Shown: positions 1 to 7,683, counted from the stretch's first letter. The stretch: 15,496 nt of DNA from Candidatus Muiribacteriota bacterium (GCA_051747805.1 JBNJGP010000063.1:1-15496), one strand, 5' to 3'. The notes: generated by a model not told the origin, from the letters alone. Program-made: numbers and translations.

Positions 1-69
1 TTTACTGTTATCGATAGATAACTTTACTATCACCTTTAGGTGATTTTACTAAGCTGAAAGCTTTTTACT
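1..69. repeat. Array of invariant TTTACT linkers alternating with sequence-diverse perfect hairpins (candidate structured ncRNA, probably truncated by the window edge)
   Basis: TTTACT at 1-6, 23-28, 45-50, 64-69 (periods 22, 22, 19). Between them lie GTTATC-GATA-GATAAC (7-22), ATCACC-TTTA-GGTGAT (29-44) and AAGCT-GAA-AGCTT (51-63). The pattern is read directly; function is unknown. Confidence 0.75.
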
Positions 70-142
70 TTTATGTAGGCCTGACCACAAAAGCCTTTTT
101 AAAAAATTTGCTAAACTCAAGTAAAAAGTAAATTTGTATTAA

Positions 143-181
143 AATAGTAGGACCATTTTTTGTAAAAGTGGTAAAACTATT
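143..181 (+). promoter_or_regulatory. Stem-loop in tyrS leader with GUA-containing apical loop (possible tRNA-Tyr anticodon mimic)
   Basis: AATAGT(143-148)/ACTATT(176-181), 3x3 purine internal loop, ACCATTTT(152-159)/AAAGTGGT(165-172) with one U-G pair that forms only on +. Apical sequence TTGTAAA (160-166). Confidence 0.4.
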
Positions 182-218
182 ATCAATAAAGTAATTTATT
201 TGCTGGAGAAAAAAATCT

Positions 219-1412
219 ATGAATTATAAAGAAATAAAAAAACAGATGGAAGTGTTAACACGCGGAGCAACCGAAATATTAAAAGCTGAGGAACTTGAAG
301 AAAAATTAAAAAGCCAGGATAAGCTTATAGTTAAGGCTGGGTTTGATCCTACAGCTCCAGATATTCATCTCGGACATACTGTTTTGTTAAGGAAAATGCG
401 ACAGTTTCAAGAGTTTGGTCATAAAGTTGTTTTTTTAATTGGTGATTATACCGGGATGATTGGAGACCCTTCGGGGAAAAATGCAACACGGAAACAGCTT
501 TCAAAGGAAGAGGTGCTTGAAAACGCTCAGACTTATAAAAAACAGGTAGAGAAAGTTTTAGATATTAATTCACTTGTTATTGAGTTTAACTCAAGGTGGT
601 TTAATAAACTCGATTTTTCTGATGTTATAAATTTATCCTCGAAATATACTCTTGCAAGAATGCTTGAAAGAGATGATTTTGAAAAAAGATTTAATAATAA
701 TGAGCCTATTTCAATACATGAATTTTTTTATCCTTTAATGCAGGGATATGATTCCGTGGCTTTAGAGGCGGACATTGAGCTTGGGGGAAATGATCAGAAA
801 TTTAATCTGCTTATGGGAAGACATCTTCAACGTGAATATGGACAACAAAGTCAGGTTATTTTAACAATGCCCCTTCTTGAAGGACTTGATGGGGTTGAAA
901 AAATGAGTAAATCCTTAAATAATTATATTGGAATTACTGATACTCCAAAAGAAATGTTTGGTAAAATAATGAGTTTAAACGATGAAATAATGTTTAAATA
1001 TTTTGAACTTCTTACAGACATCCCAATTGAAGAAATTAATAATTTTAGAGGTCAGATAAAAAAGGGTGAAAATCCGATGATTTTCAAAAAAAGACTTGCT
1101 TCTGAAATAATTAAATTTTATTATAACCAGGAAGAAGCACAAAAAGCCCGGTTCAACTTTGAAAAAGTCCATTCTAAAAAACAGATACCTGATGATATAC
1201 CTGAGGTGAAATTAAACCAAAAAAAATGGTGGCTTCCAAAACTTATTGTTTTTCTGGAGTTTGCCAAATCAACCAGCGAGGCAAGACGGCTTATAAAAGG
1301 CGGTGCAGTAAGTTTGAACGGGGAAAAGATTACTGATCCTGGATTTGAATTTGCTCTGGAGGAAGAAACTGTTTTAAAAGCCGGAAAAAGGAAGTTTGCA
1401 AAAATTTTTTAA
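219..1412 (+). CDS. tyrS: Tyrosine--tRNA ligase
   Basis: [13 protein letters not shown] (HIGH), [24 protein letters not shown]-terminal S4-like domain ([12 protein letters not shown]...AGKRKF); GGAG RBS at 205-208. Confidence 0.98.
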   Translation: MNYKEIKKQMEVLTRGATEILKAEELEEKLKSQDKLIVKAGFDPTAPDIHLGHTVLLRKMRQFQEFGHKVVFLIGDYTGMIGDPSGKNATRKQLSKEEVLENAQTYKKQVEKVLDINSLVIEFNSRWFNKLDFSDVINLSSKYTLARMLERDDFEKRFNNNEPISIHEFFYPLMQGYDSVALEADIELGGNDQKFNLLMGRHLQREYGQQSQVILTMPLLEGLDGVEKMSKSLNNYIGITDTPKEMFGKIMSLNDEIMFKYFELLTDIPIEEINNFRGQIKKGENPMIFKKRLASEIIKFYYNQEEAQKARFNFEKVHSKKQIPDDIPEVKLNQKKWWLPKLIVFLEFAKSTSEARRLIKGGAVSLNGEKITDPGFEFALEEETVLKAGKRKFAKIF

Positions 1413-1481
1413 TAATTATTCATGTTTTTCCGATGTATTATAATGTAACTATTATATGCATAAACAGGGGGAACACGAATA

Positions 1482-2135
1482 ATGAAATTTAATTCAGGGG
1501 CTAGATGGATTCTTATTACATATATTGCGGCAACTGTTATTTTGTCATCAATGTTGATGCTGGGAGGTTGTTCAGGAGGTTCTTCTTCTGTTACGCCTAC
1601 GAGTGTTTTTACTCCAGAGGGTCGTGTTAATCTTGAAATTAATACCGTTAATAAAGCTAGTGTTACATATGGAAGAGGAGCACCTGAGTTTTTTGTACAT
1701 CCTGAAATTCCTTTAAAGCAATTATATTCAGTTGGATTATTTGTTTCAAGAATTACCCTAATTGGAGAAAATGGCGAAGAATCTAATATTTATCAGGAAG
1801 ATGGACTTATTTCTGAACCGACTTTTTTTCTTAGAGATGATTATGAAAATACAAACACAAATTTTTTAAATGATGCAACGGTGAAGGCAGTTAACTATGT
1901 TAGAATGGAAATGAGTGTTGGGCGAGTATGGACTAGGTATCAAACTGATGAAGATTCAGAAATTGCAAGCTGGGACGCGCAATCATATAATAGAAATATA
2001 ATTTTAAATTCATTTTCTCCAGTTAAAGTTAAACCTGGAGAGACAGTTAATATTTCCGCCAATTTTGATATTGGTGGTCGTGTTGGTATGCAGGAGGGAG
2101 AATTTTATCCTTTTGCCTATATAACTAAAGAATAA
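1482..2135 (+). CDS. Lipoprotein of unknown function (possibly DUF4382-like beta-sandwich)
   Basis: Basic N-terminus, hydrophobic stretch and lipobox LGGC (Cys30, codon 1569-1571), then a Ser/Gly/Thr linker; AGGGGGA RBS at 1466-1472. VKVKPGETVNISANFDI recalls DUF4382, which is tentative. Confidence 0.75.
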   Translation: MKFNSGARWILITYIAATVILSSMLMLGGCSGGSSSVTPTSVFTPEGRVNLEINTVNKASVTYGRGAPEFFVHPEIPLKQLYSVGLFVSRITLIGENGEESNIYQEDGLISEPTFFLRDDYENTNTNFLNDATVKAVNYVRMEMSVGRVWTRYQTDEDSEIASWDAQSYNRNIILNSFSPVKVKPGETVNISANFDIGGRVGMQEGEFYPFAYITKE

Positions 2136-2161
2136 ATTACATAAAAATTTCTTTTTTATCC

Positions 2162-2190
2162 TTTACATTTTTAATATCATATTCTATAAT
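2162..2190 (+). promoter_or_regulatory. Sigma70-type promoter for the HEAT-repeat gene and downstream genes
   Basis: TTTACA (2162-2167), 17-bp spacer, TATAAT (2185-2190), in an intergenic gap. Confidence 0.7.
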
Positions 2191-2227
2191 TAAAATCACA
2201 TTAATCCATATCCTAAAGGATAATTTT

Positions 2228-2911
2228 ATGAATCATAAAATTGAAAAAGTATCAGAAATTTTAAATAATGAAGATTTTATTGGGGAATATATTGCCCATG
2301 AAATATACAGTAAATATAATGATATAAAAGAAGAATTTTATAAATGTTATTCTGAACTTGATGATAAATCTAAAATAAATTTTTATAAAACTTTTGCCTT
2401 TCTTGGTTATGATGAAAAACTTGTTGAGTTTGCTTTTCGGATTTTAGATGAAGAGGAAAATCTTAGTGTAAAAGCAACTATTTTAATAATGCTTGGGGAT
2501 ATTGCTGATGAAAAAATTATACCCCGGCTTGCAAAATTCCTGAAAGATTCTGATAGAAGAATTCGAGCCAATACTGTTGAGGCATTATCAAAAATCGGTG
2601 ACAGAAAGATTATTGATTTGCTTATACCTGTTATTGAAGAGGAAAAAGATAACCGGGTGCTTGCAAATACAGCTATTGCACTGTGGAAATTTGAAGATAT
2701 AAGAGAAAAGGTGCTTCAGGTATTTAAGAAAATGACTGAGGACAGGGAAAAATGGATGAGGGCGAGTGCGCTTTATGCTTTTGGTGAAACTGAAGTTTCT
2801 GAATTTCTGGAATTTCTTCTTGAGTCTGTTGAGGACGAGGATGAAGATATATGCAGAAATGCCTTAATTGCTCTTGTTGGTTATTCTGAGATATTAAGTA
2901 GACAGAAATAG
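2228..2911 (+). CDS. HEAT-repeat (PBS lyase-like) protein
   Basis: Repeated motifs LKDSDRRIRANTVEALSKIG, EKDNRVLANTAIALWK, DREKWMRASALYAFGE, DEDEDICRNALIAL; AAGGA RBS at 2216-2220. Confidence 0.88.
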   Translation: MNHKIEKVSEILNNEDFIGEYIAHEIYSKYNDIKEEFYKCYSELDDKSKINFYKTFAFLGYDEKLVEFAFRILDEEENLSVKATILIMLGDIADEKIIPRLAKFLKDSDRRIRANTVEALSKIGDRKIIDLLIPVIEEEKDNRVLANTAIALWKFEDIREKVLQVFKKMTEDREKWMRASALYAFGETEVSEFLEFLLESVEDEDEDICRNALIALVGYSEILSRQK

Positions 2912-2932
2912 GTTTTTTTGGGAGGTTTTAAG

Positions 2933-3607
2933 TTGAGTTCAAAAAGATGGACAAAAGAAGAAGAAGATTTTTTAAAAGCCAACTACAATAAAATGAGCAA
3001 TAAACAGCTTGCACATAAATTTGGAGTTACAACAATATCGGTACAGCGTAAACTTTCCAGACTTAGTTTAATCCGGCAAGTACAAAAAAAATGGACTTCT
3101 GAGGAAGAAAAATACCTGCAGAAAAATTTTTTATATAAAAATGATGCAGAACTGGCAAAAAAATTTAAGGTTACTCCAATTGCAGTTAAGAGAAAACTAA
3201 ACAGGCTTGGATTAAAAAGATCTCAGAGAAAAAAATATATAAAAAAAGAAACCTCAAAATCAGGAAGTAAATTTCATAAAAAAGAAAAAATAAAATCTCA
3301 GGAAAAGGTTAAAAAAACAAAAGATAATAAAGAAAAAGTTTTATCAAAAACAAGTAATAAAAAAGAAAAAGAAGAGCATATTAATTTAACTCCCGATATA
3401 GAAATTAAAAAAGAAGTTCAAAAATCTCCGGATTATATTAAATACAGTATTCACAATAAATACAGCAAAGATGATTTTATTTTTCATGAAGTTTTTGATG
3501 ATAAGGGAAAAGTGGTTGATAAACAGGTAAGCCCTGAGGGATATGAGCTTGTTGAGGTTGATTTTGAAAGAAACGGGCTGAAATTACTTGTTGAAAACAT
3601 CAAATAA
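2933..3607 (+). CDS. Putative DNA-binding protein: 2 x Myb/SANT-like HTH repeats, Lys-rich linker, PcrA/UvrD-CTD-like Tudor domain
   Basis: Start moved from TTG 2918 to in-frame TTG 2933 because GGAGGT lies at 2921-2926. Two 48-aa repeats WTxEEExxLxxNx...LAxKFxVTxxxVxRKLxRLxL (Trp codons at 2948 and 3092). C-terminal DDFIFHEVFDDKGKVV...VEVDFERNGLKLL. Confidence 0.8.
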   Translation: MSSKRWTKEEEDFLKANYNKMSNKQLAHKFGVTTISVQRKLSRLSLIRQVQKKWTSEEEKYLQKNFLYKNDAELAKKFKVTPIAVKRKLNRLGLKRSQRKKYIKKETSKSGSKFHKKEKIKSQEKVKKTKDNKEKVLSKTSNKKEKEEHINLTPDIEIKKEVQKSPDYIKYSIHNKYSKDDFIFHEVFDDKGKVVDKQVSPEGYELVEVDFERNGLKLLVENIK

Positions 3608-3655
3608 ATCATTAAACATCTTATTTTTTTATTAAAACTTGCCGATAGCTAAAAT

Positions 3656-4423
3656 ATGAAAAAATTATGTCTTTTATTATTCATATTATTTATGAATTTT
3701 CATCCTTATGGAAGTAATTTTGCAGAACTGCGGGGACTGGTTTTAGATAGTAAGACTTTAGAACCTGTTACCGGTGTAAGGGTAAATATAAACCGTGAAG
3801 TTACATTTACTGATACAAAAGGTGAGTTTTATCTGGATTCTATAAGAGCTGGAGAAAATCTGATTCATCTATCTCATGAAAAAATAGAAAATAAAAACGA
3901 AGTTATCAAACTTTATCCTGGGTTTAACACTAGAAGATTTACTTTAAAGAAGAAATTTGTTCAAAATAATAATTATGATAAAGTTTCAAAATTAGAAGAA
4001 AAAAATATAGAAAAATGTAAAAAAGATGATAAAAAAAAGAATTCAGATTCCTTTATATCATACTGGGATCCACCTCCATTTCAAAATTTTATTAAGGAAA
4101 TCAAAAACGAAAAAGAGGATAATATTAAAAAGGCTGATTTTAATAATATTCGAAATTTAATAAGAAAGCTTGAAAGAGAATCTATGTTTAAAGGCAAAAT
4201 AATTAGCGATAAAGATAATAAACCTTTAGCCGACGTTCCAGTATCAGTTGATGGAAAAATTTTGTGGACAGATAAGAATGGTAATTTTGAGTACAAAACC
4301 GGAGATAATAATATTGAACTTATTGTAGATTTTGAAGGAATAGAAAAAATAAACAAAAATATAAAGCTGGACAGAGGAGAGAAGTATCTTGAAATTATAT
4401 GTAAAACTCTGGGGGATATATGA
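3656..4423 (+). CDS. Secreted protein with two carboxypeptidase-regulatory-like (CarboxypepD_reg / transthyretin-like) domains
   Basis: Signal peptide MKKLCLLLFILF; two copies of GxV/IxxxxxxxPxxxVxVxI/V...TDxxGxF (LRGLVLDSKTLEPVTGVRV..TDTKGEF; FKGKIISDKDNKPLADVPV..TDKNGNF) separated by a charged linker. Confidence 0.82.
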   Translation: MKKLCLLLFILFMNFHPYGSNFAELRGLVLDSKTLEPVTGVRVNINREVTFTDTKGEFYLDSIRAGENLIHLSHEKIENKNEVIKLYPGFNTRRFTLKKKFVQNNNYDKVSKLEEKNIEKCKKDDKKKNSDSFISYWDPPPFQNFIKEIKNEKEDNIKKADFNNIRNLIRKLERESMFKGKIISDKDNKPLADVPVSVDGKILWTDKNGNFEYKTGDNNIELIVDFEGIEKINKNIKLDRGEKYLEIICKTLGDI

Positions 4424-6252
4424 AAAAAATAACACATAAAAAATTTTTTGTTTTCACTTTAATAATTTACTCTTTAACAATATTTGCAAGTGAACCTGGG
4501 CCGATGAAGATAGAAACTGCTCAACCTGATGAGGGCTGGGCCCAGAAACATATTCAGAAAGCGTATATTAAAAATATATCTCCTGATATAAATATTCAAA
4601 AAGATTTTAAACCATCCAGGCCACTCACAAGAGGTGAACTCGCTGTAATGATTTCAAGGGTGCTACCCTCAAATATTGAAGGTGAAGAGTGCCGTACAGA
4701 AGAATATAACGCGGTCAGGTACTATAGAGACCAGGCTCCGGTTAATTTCAGTGACTTCAGATACTGGGATTCTTTTGGTTATGTTGAAAGAATAATAAAA
4801 AGAAATATTATGCCGCCTGTTGAAGAAAGATTTAATCCCAATGAAAAGATTACAAGAGGAGAATTTTTAAAAACTTTACTTATACTTCTTGAAAAAACTC
4901 AGGACCCTTTTGCGAAAATAGATAATATTGCTGCAGATGCTGTAAGGTTAAACCAGCATCTTACTGAAATAAGAGATGTTTCGGTTACGCCTCAAAAATA
5001 CGCAGGGTGGTTAAAAATGGCGCAGGAATATAATATACTTCCTCATAAGGATGAGGCCGGGGATATTGTTTCAAGTTCTCTTTCAATACCATATAAAGAG
5101 GTTTTTTATAACTTTACAACAAGAAGATACGAGTTTCAGCCCAATCAACCTATTAACCGGGAGCTGGCTGTGGCGATTTTTTCCAACCTTTTCATAAAAT
5201 GGGATGGTTATGGTGATTATATTCCATATAATGCCTCAATTGGAAACAGCTCCAAAAATGTTGTCTTAAAAACTATAAACGGGAAAACTAAAGTCGATGC
5301 CGAATTAATTGATTATAATACTATGAGTCAGGAATTAACAATAAGATATCAGAAAAGAAAAACTGAGTACAGACAGGGAAAAATTTTTAATACTGTATAT
5401 ATCCCAGGTGAATCAACATATAAAGTTGCAGATAACGCTTTTATATGGGTTAAGTTAAACGATAGAAGTATTCAGGTTAAGGGAGATAATCCAGTTGAAA
5501 GACTTTCCTCGGTGCTTGACAGATTAAAAGATGAAAATATTTTTGATATAAAAGTTAATTATCTCCTTCTGCCAGAAAAACATGGATATAATGTTAATAA
5601 AAAAATACTTCAAAGTAGTGACGAATCGTATCAGAAAAGAAAAATTATTGGCTATATAGAAGTGAATCTGATTCCTTATGATTATATTGGCAGAGTTGTA
5701 TCCAGAGATTTAAATGAAATAACTATTTATGATGAAAAAAAGGGTAATATCAGTTTTAAAATATCAGAGAGTGTCAAGATAAACAGAGAAATAATTTCTG
5801 TTGATGGGTCCAGTGGAACTTTAACAGAAAAAATAGTCAACCGGGCAGAGCCTGAAAATATAAAAGAGGGAGAACAAATAAAACTTAAAATTGGGAGAGA
5901 CGAAAAGGTAACTTATATAACTTCAAAGCTATTAAGAATAGGAGTACCCTCTAATGTTGATGTCAACGATGGCTTTATAAAAACACAGTACCTTGTAGGA
6001 AAACATTATAAAACTGCTGATGACTCCTGGAATCCTGAAACAAGAAGTGGTTTAAAGGTATATGGTTTTGATTATGATTATCCAGGAAAGTGGAGAAAGG
6101 GCGGATTGGAGGTTCTTTTTTCAGAAGCTACCATGCTCAGGAGTGTTGACTTATATGTTCAGCCCGCAGAAGCAAAGGCTTTAGATGATAATACCAGAGC
6201 TCCATATGAAGACAGAATTTATTATATTGAGGCTATACCAAGAAATCGCTAA
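4420..6252 (+). CDS. S-layer homology (SLH) domain surface protein
   Basis: Signal peptide; three SLH-type motifs FKPSRPLTRGELAVMISR, FNPNEKITRGEFLKTL, FQPNQPINRELAVAIF; beta-rich C-terminal half. ATGA overlap with the upstream gene (4420-4423). Confidence 0.85.
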   Translation: MKKITHKKFFVFTLIIYSLTIFASEPGPMKIETAQPDEGWAQKHIQKAYIKNISPDINIQKDFKPSRPLTRGELAVMISRVLPSNIEGEECRTEEYNAVRYYRDQAPVNFSDFRYWDSFGYVERIIKRNIMPPVEERFNPNEKITRGEFLKTLLILLEKTQDPFAKIDNIAADAVRLNQHLTEIRDVSVTPQKYAGWLKMAQEYNILPHKDEAGDIVSSSLSIPYKEVFYNFTTRRYEFQPNQPINRELAVAIFSNLFIKWDGYGDYIPYNASIGNSSKNVVLKTINGKTKVDAELIDYNTMSQELTIRYQKRKTEYRQGKIFNTVYIPGESTYKVADNAFIWVKLNDRSIQVKGDNPVERLSSVLDRLKDENIFDIKVNYLLLPEKHGYNVNKKILQSSDESYQKRKIIGYIEVNLIPYDYIGRVVSRDLNEITIYDEKKGNISFKISESVKINREIISVDGSSGTLTEKIVNRAEPENIKEGEQIKLKIGRDEKVTYITSKLLRIGVPSNVDVNDGFIKTQYLVGKHYKTADDSWNPETRSGLKVYGFDYDYPGKWRKGGLEVLFSEATMLRSVDLYVQPAEAKALDDNTRAPYEDRIYYIEAIPRNR

Positions 6253-6254
6253 AT

Positions 6255-7676
6255 TTATTTAAGAACGTGAATATTTACAGCTCTTGGTATTTTTTCGCCG
6301 GTAATTGCCTCTACCTCGTCAATCTCAAATTCAACGCGGGTTCCGGCCTTTAGATTTTGGGGTATTTCAGAAAATGAACTTTTTTGAATAATAATTTCCA
6401 GACCATCTCTACTTTCTATAATTCCATAACCTACACTCTTATCAAACCATTTAAGAGTCCCGCTCATTTTTTTATTTTTTGAAAAAACAGATTTATTATT
6501 AATATTATTATTTTTAATTTCTTTAATGTTAAAAGCCTGTTTATAACCGTCCAGAGAGAAAACAGAATATTCTACGGGAGTTTTTGGCTCTATAATTTTA
6601 ATTAATCTGTCCATTATACCAGAGTAGTGAAAGAAAATTTCACCATGTTCGCCTGAAACAGTACCTATTCCATTTTTTTTATCAAAAGCTTCAACTTTCC
6701 CCTTAAATCTGTCAAGTATATTATTATTTTCAGGTTGTATTGATGTTGCAATTAAACCTTTATCAGTTTTTTTTATGGTAAATTCAACTTTCATATTTTC
6801 GCTGAGAGTCTGGAATCCCTGCATTTTAATTGCTGTATAATGTACAAAAATCTCATCCTCAAAATCTGGACATTCAATAGCGCCTATTCCTTTTTCTTCA
6901 TCAAACCATTTGACTTTTCCTCTATATTTTTTTTTGGCTTTTGATTTATAAATAATTTCTTCAACAGTATTGCCTTTATACTGGATGATTTCTTCAATTT
7001 TTTTTATCAGAGTTTTAAGTTCATGTTGTTTATTATCGATTTTGTATGATAGCTTTAAGTATTTCAAAGCCTCTTTTAAATAGTTCATCTTATGTAGAGC
7101 AAGGCCAAGGTATAGAGAAATTGTAGGTTCTTTTTTATGATGTTTTAAACTGTATTTACATACTTTAATCGCTTCGTCATAAATTCCGAGTTCATAGTAG
7201 ATAATACATAACTCTCTTAAAAAATCTAAATCATCAGGTAGATTTAAAAGCCCGTTAAACAAAGACATAATAGCCTCATCATAAAATTCCATCTGATAAT
7301 ATATTGAGGTGGAAATAATATAAAGGTCTTTATTTCTGGGGTTTTTATGGAGCTCTTCTTTTATAAGTTTTTCTACTATGTCAAAAACCTCATATGCTTT
7401 TTCCATATTGTCCCTGGCAATAAGGAGATTCAGATAATTCATATAGGGGTAGATATAATCTGGATATTTTTTAATAATTATTTCATAAGTTTTAAAGGCA
7501 TTATCAAGGTCTCCGGTTAAATTATAAAGTATGGCCAGGGTTTCTGTGATTTCTAATGAATCTGGATTCAATTTGTACGCTTTTTTTATGTTTTCTAAAG
7601 CCTTATCAATATTGTTTTTTTCTAAAAAGTCAATTGCCTCATTATAAAGTTTTTCAGAATGCTCAATTTTATTCAT
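6255..7676 (-). CDS. TPR-repeat protein with three C-terminal cold-shock domains
   Basis: N-terminal TPRs (e.g. KALENIKKAYKLNPD, LGLALHKMNYLKEALKYLK). CSDs: GKVKWFDEEKGIGAI..IFVHYTAI, GKVEAFDKKNGIGTV..IFFHYSGI, GTLKWFDKSVGYGII. ATG 7676 preferred over TTG 7712 (see promoter). Confidence 0.9.
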   Translation of the reverse strand: MNKIEHSEKLYNEAIDFLEKNNIDKALENIKKAYKLNPDSLEITETLAILYNLTGDLDNAFKTYEIIIKKYPDYIYPYMNYLNLLIARDNMEKAYEVFDIVEKLIKEELHKNPRNKDLYIISTSIYYQMEFYDEAIMSLFNGLLNLPDDLDFLRELCIIYYELGIYDEAIKVCKYSLKHHKKEPTISLYLGLALHKMNYLKEALKYLKLSYKIDNKQHELKTLIKKIEEIIQYKGNTVEEIIYKSKAKKKYRGKVKWFDEEKGIGAIECPDFEDEIFVHYTAIKMQGFQTLSENMKVEFTIKKTDKGLIATSIQPENNNILDRFKGKVEAFDKKNGIGTVSGEHGEIFFHYSGIMDRLIKIIEPKTPVEYSVFSLDGYKQAFNIKEIKNNNINNKSVFSKNKKMSGTLKWFDKSVGYGIIESRDGLEIIIQKSSFSEIPQNLKAGTRVEFEIDEVEAITGEKIPRAVNIHVLK

Positions 7677-7683
7677 TGAAAAC

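Noticed and set aside
1..69. CRISPR array
   Set aside because: The repeat is only 6 nt, the 13-16-nt spacers are themselves palindromic, and no cas genes are in the window.
1..100. Tyr-rich leader peptide attenuator
   Set aside because: The TAC triplets at 3, 25, 47 and 66 fall in three different frames, and no start codon with an RBS is visible.
1..218. Canonical T-box riboswitch upstream of tyrS
   Set aside because: No GGTGGNACC T-box consensus (only AGTGGTAAA at 167-175), no recognisable Stem I, and no strong terminator before the RBS.
975..1172. 65-aa antisense ORF
   Set aside because: Fully inside tyrS on the opposite strand; Phe/Ile-rich shadow with no motif.
2918..2932. TTG 2918 as start codon
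   Set aside because: No SD precedes it, and the GGAGGT just after it is well spaced for TTG 2933.
4081..4437. 118-aa and 63-aa antisense ORFs
   Set aside because: Opposite a Lys/Glu-rich gene; the hydrophobic composition is the expected reverse-strand artefact.
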